Shown piece after piece: positions 20,843 to 30,384 of a stretch of 63,773 nucleotides of DNA (the first letter of the stretch is position 1; the number at the start of each line of letters is the position of its first letter). The notes below the pieces were generated by a model. That model was given only the letters and a program-made list of their open reading frames with translations. It was not told the DNA's origin and did no database searches. This DNA comes from Magnetococcales bacterium DCbin2. Lineage in GTDB: Bacteria > Pseudomonadota > Magnetococcia > Magnetococcales > UBA8363. The translations under genes and the position numbers were made by a program. The DNA lies in contig PEAO01000003.1 in NCBI GenBank assembly GCA_002753615.1, positions 1 to 63,773 of the forward strand, written 5' to 3'.

Positions 20843-21454
20843 TCAACCCTTCAGTTTGGCGGTCAAAAACGTGGTAATAACATGATCCAAAATCAGATGG
20901 GCATCTTCCACCGGCCCATACTCCCCCTTGGGGGTACTGACCTTGAGGACATGATGGGCCATTTTCCCCAATTGACCGCCATCAAACCCCACCATAGCGA
21001 TGACGGTCCCCCCTTTTTCCAGGGCAAGTCGCGTAGCCGCAACCACATTGCCGCTGTTTCCACTGGCAGAGATGACCACCAGGAGATCCCCCGGTTGGAA
21101 AGAAAACATCATCTGGTTGGTAAAGATTGCATCAAAGCCATAATCATTCCCCGCCGCCGTAATATAAGAAACATTGTCGGTCAGACTCAGGGTGCGAAAC
21201 CCTTCGACCTTGGCTTTGCGTCCCACCTCGGCCAAATCCTGGCAAAAATGCGACGCAGTCGAGGCACTCCCTCCATTGCCGGCAAAAAAGATGGTCTTCT
21301 TTTCTTTTCTCGCCCGCAGGAAGGCATCCGCCACCGCCTCCAACTGCCCCAGATCAATGGTACCCAAACATTGAAGCAGATAGCTTGAATAGCCAGTATA
21401 GAATTCAGTCAGGCTGGACGGTTTTCCAGAAAGTCGGGCAATAGGGCTTTCCAT
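20843..21454 (-). CDS. SIS-domain phosphosugar isomerase (GmhA-like)
   Basis: GNGGSAS, GNDYG, ISASGNS, EDAH motifs. Confidence 0.88.
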   Translation of the reverse strand: MESPIARLSGKPSSLTEFYTGYSSYLLQCLGTIDLGQLEAVADAFLRARKEKKTIFFAGNGGSASTASHFCQDLAEVGRKAKVEGFRTLSLTDNVSYITAAGNDYGFDAIFTNQMMFSFQPGDLLVVISASGNSGNVVAATRLALEKGGTVIAMVGFDGGQLGKMAHHVLKVSTPKGEYGPVEDAHLILDHVITTFLTAKLKG

Positions 21455-21482
21455 AGTTTCAATTCCTTGTATTCATTCACCT

Positions 21483-22505
21483 TCAGGGGAGAAATTTGGC
21501 GTTATCCTGGGAGTAGATGCGATGCACCGCTTCCATAGCCGCCAAAGCGTGGTTGGCATTGCAATTTTCAACCGGGCGGGATTCCAAGATGCAGCGGACG
21601 AAATAATCCACCTCTTTCATCCAGGAACGATCTTCGGTGTAATAATAGATGGCCTCCTGGGGGTTGGGCAACGGATATCCCTCCGCATCATAAACACAAT
21701 GGGCCACTTTCAAGGATTCCGAACCATAAGTCATGGTCGAGGAAAGAATGCCGTCCAGGGACAAATACCCCCGTTCCAGACACACGTCCAACACAAACTT
21801 ATGGCGCCACTGGGTCGCCGACGAATGAATCATGGCCATTTGCCCCGCGTCATTGCGCATAATTCCCATGACGTTATCTTCCACCGGGATTTTCCAATAG
21901 GTGTTGCCCACCATGCTTTTCACATCGGGAAAAGGGCCGCAAAAAAAGTGCAGCAGGTCGATCATGTGAATTCCCTGGTCAATCAGGATTCCCCCCCCAG
22001 AGCGGACAGGATCGTTGCGCCAGTTTCGATCATAGGCAGGACCGCCCGCCTTGCCGTAAACACCGCGCATCCAAAGAATTCGACCCATGCGCCCCTTATC
22101 AATCAGGGCTTTGGCATCCAGCACCGCCTGATGATACCGATGGTTAAAACCAAAATATAATTTTCCCCCTGGACCAGCCCGTTCGGCATCCGCCATACGG
22201 CGCACATCGGCCACCGTCCGCCCCGGCGGGCTTTTTCAAAAGGCATGGATCCCCAATTTCAATGCCGCCACGGTGATTTCGGGAATCGATTCGTTGGTGG
22301 TGCAGACAAACACCAGATCGGGCCGGGAATCGAGTACCTCCTGCCACTCCTGAGAGACCAAGCAACCCATCCCTTCTTCCGGGTTTATGGCGTTGATATC
22401 GCATAGAGCGGTCAATTGCAGGCTGGGATGGTTTTCGACACACTGGCGTCGGATACGCCCCACTTTGCCATATCCGATGATGGCGACACGGAGCGACCTA
22501 GCCAT
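21483..22505 (-). pseudogene. Gfo/Idh/MocA oxidoreductase interrupted by in-frame TGA at 22236-22238
   Basis: IIGYGKVG N-terminus; HAF*KSPPGRT where HxxCEKP is expected; GFNHRY and GGGILIDQGIH continue in the same frame. Confidence 0.8.
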
Positions 22506-23265
22506 GAAGCGTTCTGTATTCCGGGAACAGTTGGTCTTCCCGCATCAGGGTTTCCGCCTGGATTAAATCCTGGGGGGTATCGACCCCGGTGACCGGATAA
22601 TCGGTGGAGACCATCAGGACGGGAAAGCCATGCTCCACTGGACGCATCATATCCACCGATTCCGAGATTTCCAGCGGTGTTGCGGGGAGCCGGACAAAAT
22701 GTTCCAGAAACTTTTTACGAAAGGCGATGACCCCCAATTGTTTGAACGGTGCCCCAAACCCAGCCTTTCCAATGCCGGGATCGGGTATGGGTTGGCGGGA
22801 GTAATACAAGGCATGCCCCTTGCGGTTGCAGACAACCTTGACCACATTACGGGAGAGAAATTCCGATTCCAGCCGAATGGGGGACATCAGGTCGGTACAG
22901 GGAAGTTCGGGATCGGCCAGCAGGGGAGCGACCAATGTTTCCAACATTTCAGGCCGCACCAGGGGCATGTCCCCCTGAACATTGACGACGATATCCACCG
23001 CCATGGATTGCGCCGCCTCCTCCACCCGCTCGGTACAACGGACGTGGGTATCGGCAGTCATGACCGCTTGGCCGCCGTGACGGGTCACCTCATCGTAGAT
23101 CACCTGATCACAAGTCGCCACGATCACCCGGTCCATCATCCGGCACCGCCCGACACGCCGACGAACATGTTCGATCATACTCAAACCAAGGATTTTTTCC
23201 AACGGTTTGCCGGGAAAACGGGAGGAGGCCATACGGGCGGGTATGATCGCGCAAATGACGGGCAT
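22498..23265 (-). CDS. kdsB: CMP-ulosonate cytidylyltransferase (KdsB-like)
   Basis: IIPARMASSRFPGKPL, VNVQGD, VKVV, GVDTPQDL motifs. Confidence 0.85.
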   Translation of the reverse strand: MPVICAIIPARMASSRFPGKPLEKILGLSMIEHVRRRVGRCRMMDRVIVATCDQVIYDEVTRHGGQAVMTADTHVRCTERVEEAAQSMAVDIVVNVQGDMPLVRPEMLETLVAPLLADPELPCTDLMSPIRLESEFLSRNVVKVVCNRKGHALYYSRQPIPDPGIGKAGFGAPFKQLGVIAFRKKFLEHFVRLPATPLEISESVDMMRPVEHGFPVLMVSTDYPVTGVDTPQDLIQAETLMREDQLFPEYRTLHG

Positions 23266-23602
23266 GGTGGTTACGTTCTTTTTAAAATTGCGTTAAAAGG
23301 CCTTCTGACCGCAGGACATGGCAATCAAAAAGTGTAAGATCAACCTTTTATGCTGACAAACCACCCATCGTCAAGAGCATTTTTTCCACTGGACAACCCG
23401 ACTGTTATTCAAATTATTGAAATATAAGGCCTAAATTGAGGACTACTAAAACTAGCTACCAAATCAAAGAGATGCTTACCGAAAATATCCCAGGGCGATC
23501 ACCCGAAAAATCATAGGTTCAGGAATCTTGGAAACTTCTGGAAAGAAATGATATGGTGCCATTCAGTTTGCCGTAGACATTTCAACGAGATGGAAAATCC
23601 TC

Positions 23603-24643
23603 ATGACCATTCAGGCTCAGATATCCGGGCAAATGCCCATCCTCACGTTTTTATTGCGTCACTATAAAAATTTCAACGCCCGAGCCACCCGGGATGCCAC
23701 ATTGGCTTATTGGCGGCACATCGCGGGGGGGGGGCAGATGTTTTGGGCTATGGCGGGTGCCATGTCCTCCGCACAGATCGGCATTTCCCTCGCACCAGCG
23801 ATCCGGGCCGGTTTGGTGCATGGCCTCTCGGTAACCGGGGCCAACCTGGAAGAGTCGCTCTTTCGCTTGGTGGCCCATGACCATTATCGGGATTTTCCTG
23901 ATTATCGTTATTTCAGTAAAGAGGATGACGCCCGTATTCTTGCAGCCCAGATGCGCCGCGTCACCGATACCAGTATTCCCGAAGACGAAGCCTTTCGTGT
24001 CGTTGAAAAAATTCTCGTCCCCATGTGGCTGGAAGCCCACCGGACAGGGCAACGTCGATTCTGGCATGAATATTTTTATCAATTGGTGCAGGCGATAGAA
24101 CCCCGTCTGCAATCGGGATCTCCCGACGCATGTTGGCTGTTGGCTGCCGCCCAGGCCAATCTTCCGATTGTTGTCCCTGGCTACGAAGATTCAACATTCG
24201 GTAATATTTTTGCGTCTTATGTCAGGACCGGCGAATGTCCTGCCAGTATCGTCAAATCGGGCATTGAAGCCATGGCTTGGTTTTATGATGAATATCGCCG
24301 GATGTCGGTGGATCCCGGGGTGGGATTTTTCCAGATCGGTGGTGGTATCGCCGGAGATTTCCCCATTTGTGTGGTCCCCTCCATCAAGTACGACCTGCAA
24401 CAACCGGTCAAACCGTGGGCCTATTTTTGTCAGATTTCCGATTCCACGACCTCTTATGGTTCCTATTCTGGGGCGACCCCGAACGAAAAAATCACCTGGG
24501 ACAAACTAACGCCCCAAACACCCATGTTTATCATCGAGTCCGATGCTACCATTGTGGTCCCCCTGATGCTGACGGCACTGCTGGAATGCCAAAGCAACCC
24601 CTCCGCAGCCAACGCTTTGATTGCCGCCGCTCATGGCCAATGA
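23603..24643 (+). CDS. Deoxyhypusine synthase-like protein
   Basis: AGAMSSA, TGANLEE, EDSTFGN, IGGGIAGDF, SYSGATPNEKITW.K, ESDATIV motifs. Confidence 0.88.
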   Translation: MTIQAQISGQMPILTFLLRHYKNFNARATRDATLAYWRHIAGGGQMFWAMAGAMSSAQIGISLAPAIRAGLVHGLSVTGANLEESLFRLVAHDHYRDFPDYRYFSKEDDARILAAQMRRVTDTSIPEDEAFRVVEKILVPMWLEAHRTGQRRFWHEYFYQLVQAIEPRLQSGSPDACWLLAAAQANLPIVVPGYEDSTFGNIFASYVRTGECPASIVKSGIEAMAWFYDEYRRMSVDPGVGFFQIGGGIAGDFPICVVPSIKYDLQQPVKPWAYFCQISDSTTSYGSYSGATPNEKITWDKLTPQTPMFIIESDATIVVPLMLTALLECQSNPSAANALIAAAHGQ

Positions 24644-25289
24644 ATTATCCCGCATGCGAAAAGAAACACCCAGGGATGCCGGCTTACCCAAAATAGCACC
24701 GCAAAAACCGGCATCTCGTTGTCATGCAGACGGTTTTACGTTGATTGAATTAAGCTTGGTGCTGATCATCATCGCCATCATGATGGGGACCGTTTTGCGC
24801 TCCGACAAGGTGGTGGATGAAGGTCGCATTCAACGAATGGCCCTGGATCAGGCTGCGGTGATCTCGGCAGTTCAGGCGTATGTCCAATGGTATCATTTTC
24901 TTCCAGGCGATGATCCCAAAGCCCAGGAGCGTTGGCCTGAGGCCATCAATGGCAATGGCGATGGTGTGATCGACTCCGCATCCTTCGAAGAACAGCAAGC
25001 TTGGTTCCACTTGGTATCTGCGCACCTGCTTTCATCTGCTTCAATGATAAAGAATCCCAAAATTCATCTGTGGCATCATGTCGCGGGGTTATCCGGTGTC
25101 TCCCTGTGTATTGAAGACGTGCCACCGCTCTTGGCTTCTGGATTGGACCGCCATTTAGATGATGGCGATGGTCGTGGAGGGGGTATCCGTCGCCTGGATA
25201 TCTCATCGGATGGTAACCGCAACACTGGATCACCCTGGCCCATCCAAGGCGAGGGAGTTACCGTGTGCTCCGCCTCCTCCTGGCACTGA
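24633..25289 (+). CDS. Prepilin-type N-terminal cleavage/methylation protein (pseudopilin-like)
   Basis: GFTLIELSLVLIIIAIMMG; LPGDD..GNGDG..LDRHLDDG; start uncertain. Confidence 0.8.
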   Translation: MANELSRMRKETPRDAGLPKIAPQKPASRCHADGFTLIELSLVLIIIAIMMGTVLRSDKVVDEGRIQRMALDQAAVISAVQAYVQWYHFLPGDDPKAQERWPEAINGNGDGVIDSASFEEQQAWFHLVSAHLLSSASMIKNPKIHLWHHVAGLSGVSLCIEDVPPLLASGLDRHLDDGDGRGGGIRRLDISSDGNRNTGSPWPIQGEGVTVCSASSWH

Positions 25290-25410
25290 TTGTCATCTGT
25301 TCATGGAATAGAATATATTCACAAAAAAATCCGTGTGAATAGTTCATGGAATTGGTGCGTTCTTGTGCTTTTCAGTAAATTATTCTAATATTCAATAAGT
25401 TACTAAGGCA

Positions 25411-25899
25411 ATGACGGCCATGAAAGAGATTGCCGGCACAATTGGCATCATCGAAGATATTGCCCGGCAGACCAATTTATTGGCCTTGAATGCCACCATT
25501 GATGCGGCGCGAGCGGGAGAACATGGCAAGGGTTTTGCGGTGGTCGCTGCGGAAGTACGCAAGCTTGCGGAACGCAGCCAGACTGCGGTGGGGGAAATCA
25601 GTGGCTTGTCCTCCTCGAGTGTGGCAATTACGGAAAAGACGGGGACGAAACGGATTCAACTGCTACCAGACATTCAAAGAACCTCCGAATTTGTGCAGGA
25701 GATTGCAGCGGCCAGCAAGGAACAAAACCATGGGGCCAATCCAATCAACCAAGCCATTCAGCAAATGGACCAAGTTATTCAGAAGAACACCGGGGCTGCG
25801 GAGAGGATGGCGGCGACATCCGAAGAACTTTCGGCCCATGCGGATATCATGGAATCTGCGGTTGCCTTTTTCAAAGTTGATGAAACCCGCGCTTCGTAG
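25411..25899 (+). pseudogene. Isolated MCP signalling-domain fragment
   Basis: [23 protein letters not shown]; begins mid-domain with no sensor or TM; closely similar to the signalling region of 8101..10029. Confidence 0.65.
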
Positions 25900-26120
25900 C
25901 CACACGATTTTTGGGTTGTTTTATCTGTTTTTTTTATGATTCCCTGTGTTTCTTAATGAACGTGAGCCATGTTTCCATGGCAGCCATGGAATGTAATTCG
26001 CCGGATGGAATGCCGCTTGCGCTTGCTTCCAGTCTCAGGCTTTGCTATTAAAGGGGGCGTGGGTGGTCCGTGGACGTTAGCGGTGCCGTCTAAGTTCAGG
26101 GTGTTGGATGTACCATGTGT

Positions 26121-26197
26121 CGGGGTGTGGCTCAGACTGGTAGAGCACTGCGTTCGGGACGCAGGGGTCGGAGGTTCAAATCCTCTCACCCCGACCA
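26121..26197 (+). tRNA. tRNA-Pro (anticodon CGG)
   Basis: CGGGGTG acceptor stem, CTGCG-TTCGGGA-CGCAG anticodon arm, GGTTCAAATCC T-arm, encoded CCA. Confidence 0.97.
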
Positions 26198-26257
26198 AAA
26201 ACACGTCACTTGCGGGATAGAGGATGGCGTTTGGTATTGGAAAGTTGTAGGCACCTA

Positions 26258-27358
26258 ATGAAATCGGCTTTAGAATCCACCATGACGTTGGAAGCACTCA
26301 GACAAGCTATCGATGGAATCGACGACCGGATTCATGACCTTCTCATGGAACGGGCACAGTGGGTTCTCAAGGTGGGCGAACTCAAGGAAAAATCTTCCCA
26401 AAGTCCCATGTTTTACCGCCCCGAACGTGAGGCGGGTATTCATCGGCGTTTGGAGGCCCGGCACCAGGGACCACTCCCCGTGGCGGCGGTCCATCGCGTC
26501 TTTCGTGAAATCATCTCCGCCTCCCTGAACCTGGAAAAACATCTCTCCGTAGTCTATCTCGGACCGGAGGCGACCTTTACCCACCAAGCCGCCATCAAAC
26601 AATTTGGTTCCTCCTTCCGCATGGTCCCCGCCGCATCCATCCCCGATGTCTTCCACGAAGTCGAGGTGGGACGGGCCGACTTTGGTGTCACCCCGGTGGA
26701 AAGTTCCGCCGAAGGGGTGGTCAACCATACCCTCAAACGGTTGGCCGATTCCCCATTGCGCATCTGCGGCGAAATCTTTCTTCCCGTCATCCATACCCTC
26801 CTCTCCCAGGAAACCACGCTGGACCAAGTTCAATGGGTTTTCGGCCATCCCCAAGTCTTGGATCAATGCCGAACGTGGCTCGCAACCCATCTGCCCGGCG
26901 TCACCCTCAAAGAAGAAGAATCCACCGCCCGGTCGGTCCTGCGTGCCCGCGAAACCGCCCACAGTGCCGCCATCGCCGGGGTCTATGCCGCCGATGCCTA
27001 CGGTTTGAACCTCCTCGCCGAACACGTTCAAGATCAAGCAGGGAACGAAAATCGTTTTCTCGTCATCGGTCGCCACGATCCCGCACGCTCCGGTTATGAT
27101 AAGACAAGCATCCTGTTTTCTTTCTCCGATCAACCCGGTTTTCTTCACAAGGTTTTAGGAATTTTCGCCAACCGGGGGATCAACCTGAGCGCGATTCAAT
27201 CTATCCCCTCCCAAGGCAAAGCCTGGGAATATATTTTTTTCCTCGATTTTGACGGCCATCGGCAAGACCCTGAACCCGCCTCAGCCTTGGCGGAGATGGG
27301 TGCCATGACGGGTGTGGATGTCAAGGTTCTCGGCTCTTTTCCCAGACCCGTCCAATAA
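26258..27358 (+). CDS. pheA: Chorismate mutase / prephenate dehydratase
   Basis: LRQAIDGIDD, YLGPEATFT, NRFLVIG, ACT domain; start 26258 or 26282. Confidence 0.95.
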   Translation: MKSALESTMTLEALRQAIDGIDDRIHDLLMERAQWVLKVGELKEKSSQSPMFYRPEREAGIHRRLEARHQGPLPVAAVHRVFREIISASLNLEKHLSVVYLGPEATFTHQAAIKQFGSSFRMVPAASIPDVFHEVEVGRADFGVTPVESSAEGVVNHTLKRLADSPLRICGEIFLPVIHTLLSQETTLDQVQWVFGHPQVLDQCRTWLATHLPGVTLKEEESTARSVLRARETAHSAAIAGVYAADAYGLNLLAEHVQDQAGNENRFLVIGRHDPARSGYDKTSILFSFSDQPGFLHKVLGIFANRGINLSAIQSIPSQGKAWEYIFFLDFDGHRQDPEPASALAEMGAMTGVDVKVLGSFPRPVQ

Positions 27359-27435
27359 TATCAAACTAAATCAAGTGATCCCATGTCCTTTTTTATCAAG
27401 AAGCTGACAGTTATTGGTCTTGGCCTGATCGGCGG
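27335..27435 (+). repeat. Left copy of ~100-bp duplication (pheA 3' end plus first 18 codons of tyrA)
   Basis: 27369-27435 equals 29480-29546 with one mismatch; weaker similarity extends to 27335/29447. Confidence 0.92.
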
Positions 27436-27499
27436 CTTCTCTATGCAAGAACGAGTCAGAGATGTCCGCATATCTCAAGATTAAAGGCAGAAAACGCCC

Positions 27500-28405
27500 A
27501 TGAAACCTCCCCATCCCATACCCTATCAAGGAAGCAAGAGGAATATTGCCAATGACATACTTTGCTATTTTCCTGATGGGGTATCTACCTTGATAGAACC
27601 ATTTGTTGGTTCTGCGGCCATCTCAATCGCAGCCGCCATGAAAGGACTAGCGCGCCACTATTGGTTAAACGATCTGAACAAGCCCCTCATGGATCTCTGG
27701 GAACAGATCATTAACCATCCAGAGCATCTTTCACAAGGTTATGACCGCTTATGGCACGAACAACAAGATAATCCTCGTGAATACTACGACAAAATTCGTT
27801 CTCAATTTAATCTTTCCGGTAAGCCTCAACTTTTTTTATACCTCCTTGCCCGTTGCGTGAAAGCGTCGGTAAGATACAATTCAAACGGAGAATTCAATCA
27901 AAGTCCCGACAATCGGCGTTGTGGTGCAAAACCAAATACGATGCGTAATATGATCCTGGGTGTGTCCGCTTTGTTTAAGGGGAAATCAAAGACCACCGCT
28001 CAAAATTACCGAGACGTACTTCAAAAGGCGGAATGTTGTGATCTCGTATACATGGACCCACCATACCAAGGGGTGAGTGGGAATCGCGACTCGCGATACT
28101 TAACTGGCGTCCAGTTTTTTGAATTTGTCGATGCATTACAGGAATTAAATCAGAGATATATAAGATATATTGTTAGTTATGATGGACGAACGGGTAAAAA
28201 AGTGTATGGAGCGTCATTGCCTCCCGAACTGAGTCTTACGCGCGTGGAAATCCAAGCTGGACGCTCATCGCAAGCGACGTTACTGGGTCGCAAAGATGTA
28301 ACGATTGAGTCTCTCTATCTCTCCCCTGCTCTTTCAGGGCAGCTATCTCAGATGCCTTCGAAACATCGCCATGTGCAAATGTCGCTATTCGGAGCCGATT
28401 CATGA
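27500..28405 (+). CDS. Dam-family (D12 class) N6-adenine DNA methyltransferase
   Basis: PYQGSKR, IEPFVGSAA, LNDLN, YMDPPY motifs. Confidence 0.92.
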   Translation: MKPPHPIPYQGSKRNIANDILCYFPDGVSTLIEPFVGSAAISIAAAMKGLARHYWLNDLNKPLMDLWEQIINHPEHLSQGYDRLWHEQQDNPREYYDKIRSQFNLSGKPQLFLYLLARCVKASVRYNSNGEFNQSPDNRRCGAKPNTMRNMILGVSALFKGKSKTTAQNYRDVLQKAECCDLVYMDPPYQGVSGNRDSRYLTGVQFFEFVDALQELNQRYIRYIVSYDGRTGKKVYGASLPPELSLTRVEIQAGRSSQATLLGRKDVTIESLYLSPALSGQLSQMPSKHRHVQMSLFGADS

Positions 28406-29139
28406 AACAACAACGGCTCCCTCAGTCGTTCATCGAACAATGCAAGAAGGTCACCGCAAAACGACCAAAAACGGTAATTGACCACATCTTGAAGCACGGA
28501 TACATCACAACGCAGGAACTGAAAGATCAATATGGCTACAACCATCCTCCTCGAGCCGCAAGAGATGTGCGCGAACAGGGCATCCCGCTTGAAACATTTC
28601 GTGTCGTGGGAACGGACGGAAGACAGATTGGCGCATATCGTTTCGGCAATCCTGCGAAAGCACGATTCTCAAAACTTCAAGGGCGCACCGCCTTCTCAAA
28701 GGATCTGCGACAAAAACTTATCGATAAAAATGGCTGCCGATGCGCCATTTACATGGAGGATTTTCCGGAAAGGGAACTTCAAATTGACCATCGAATTCCC
28801 TTTGAGGTAGCCGGTGGCCACGCCGATACGGATGAGAGGCCCGAAGACTTTATGCTGCTTTCAGGATCCGCCAATCGCGCGAAATCGTGGTCGTGCAAGC
28901 ATTGCGTTAATTGGCAAGATCTGAAGAAACCAGATGTTTGCCGCGAATGCTATTGGACATATCCCGAAAATTATACTCACGTTGCCATGCAACCTGTGCG
29001 GCGCATCGATATTATGTGGACAGAAGATGACGTAAAAATCTATGATGAATTAAAAAAACGCTCGGACAAACTTCAGAAAAATATACCGACATTCGTTAAG
29101 GATATGATCAAAGAACATGTTGGAAAAGATTGTCCCTAG
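28402..29139 (+). CDS. HNH endonuclease with N-terminal HTH, putative restriction enzyme
   Basis: CAIY..LQIDHRIP..SANRAKSWSCKHC..CRECYW; ATGA-coupled to the MTase. Confidence 0.82.
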   Translation: MKQQRLPQSFIEQCKKVTAKRPKTVIDHILKHGYITTQELKDQYGYNHPPRAARDVREQGIPLETFRVVGTDGRQIGAYRFGNPAKARFSKLQGRTAFSKDLRQKLIDKNGCRCAIYMEDFPERELQIDHRIPFEVAGGHADTDERPEDFMLLSGSANRAKSWSCKHCVNWQDLKKPDVCRECYWTYPENYTHVAMQPVRRIDIMWTEDDVKIYDELKKRSDKLQKNIPTFVKDMIKEHVGKDCP

Positions 29140-29148
29140 TGGGCCGTA

Positions 29149-29444
29149 TAACCGTTCAGACCCCCCCTAAAAAACTATTAAAAAGAAAGAAGGGGTCTGG
29201 GGAATTCTTTCCCCAGGGTTTTGACTTTAAATAAAAAGCTTCAATTCTTGCTTTTGAATTTGTTTTTGACTTTACATAAAAAGCCTAAAGCTGGAAATGT
29301 TTTTGTTTAAATTCAAAGAAAGGTCAAAAACAAAGTATTGAAGCTTTTTGTTCAATATCGAAAAAAGAGTCAAAACCCTGGGGGCAATCCCCCAGACCCC
29401 TTTTTTCTTTCAATAATTTAAAAAAGGGGGGGCTGAACGGTTAC
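29149..29444. mobile_element. Fold-back MITE-like element, copy C, with TAACCGTTCAG / CTGAACGGTTAC ends
   Basis: Shared inner arms; AT-rich interior similar to copy B; outer inverted repeat differs from copy B. Confidence 0.85.
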
Positions 29445-29446
29445 GT

Positions 29447-29546
29447 TCTTTTCCCTGACCCGTCTAATAATACTAAACCAATCAAGTGATCCCATGTCAT
29501 TTTTTATCAAGAAGCTGACAGTTATTGGTCTTGGCCTGATCGGCGG
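29447..29546 (+). repeat. Right copy of the pheA/tyrA junction duplication
   Basis: See 27335-27435; this copy provides the functional tyrA start. Confidence 0.92.
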
Positions 29547-30384
29547 TTCCCTGGCCCGGGCACTCAAGGAACGCGACAAAGTTGGCGAGGTGGTCGGTGT
29601 CAACCGTAGCCTGTCAAGCCTGGAAAAAGGGATGAGCCTGGGGGTGATCGACACCTTTACCACCGATCTGGTGGCCGGGGTACGCGGGGCCAACATGGTC
29701 TTGGTCGCCACCCCGGTGCGGGCCATTGTCCCGGTGATTCGGGCAGCGGCCCCAGGATTGATGCCGGGGGCAATCGTCACCGACGCCGGAAGTGTCAAAG
29801 GGCGGATCGTCGCCGAATGCGAGGCGGCCATGCCCAAAGGGGTCCATTTTGTCGGTGGTCATCCCATCGCCGGGACCGAACATTCGGGGGTCGAAGCCTC
29901 CTTCGCCACCCTCTTTGAAGGGAGTCGAACCATTCTGACACCCACAGAACAGACCGCCAAAGATGCCCTGGAGTTGGTAACCATCGTCTGGGAAGCGGTG
30001 GGGTCGCGGGTGGAAACCATGGATCCCAAACATCATGATCGGGTATTGGCCGCCACGTCCCATCTGCCCCATCTGATGGCCTATAACATTGTCAAAACCT
30101 TGTCCGATCTGGAAAATGACATTCAATCGGAAGTCTTTCGCTTTGCCGCCAGTGGTTTTCGTGATTTTACCCGAATTGCCTCCTCCGATCCGACAATGTG
30201 GCGCGACATATGCTTAGAGAACCGTGATTCCATCCTGGAGATGATCACGCGCTTTCGCGGCGATTTGGATGATCTTCATGCCATGGTGGCGGCAGGCCAT
30301 GGCGAGGCCCTACACGAAATTTTCGCCCAATCGCGGGCAACGCGGGATCGGGTGGTCAAAGGGGACAAGGGGGGCAAACCGTGA
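29494..30384 (+). CDS. tyrA: Prephenate/arogenate dehydrogenase
   Basis: IGLGLIGGS, TDAGSVK, GGHPIAG, SHLPH, FRDFTRIASS motifs. Confidence 0.95.
   Translation: MSFFIKKLTVIGLGLIGGSLARALKERDKVGEVVGVNRSLSSLEKGMSLGVIDTFTTDLVAGVRGANMVLVATPVRAIVPVIRAAAPGLMPGAIVTDAGSVKGRIVAECEAAMPKGVHFVGGHPIAGTEHSGVEASFATLFEGSRTILTPTEQTAKDALELVTIVWEAVGSRVETMDPKHHDRVLAATSHLPHLMAYNIVKTLSDLENDIQSEVFRFAASGFRDFTRIASSDPTMWRDICLENRDSILEMITRFRGDLDDLHAMVAAGHGEALHEIFAQSRATRDRVVKGDKGGKP

Noticed and set aside
22236-22238. Selenocysteine at the TGA aligned with the Cys of CEKP
   Set aside because: The following codons are also altered (KS rather than EK) and no convincing SECIS was seen; mutation or sequencing error is more likely.
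26121-26197. tRNA-Pro as an integration site for an island
   Set aside because: No duplicated tRNA 3' end and no integrase seen in the window.
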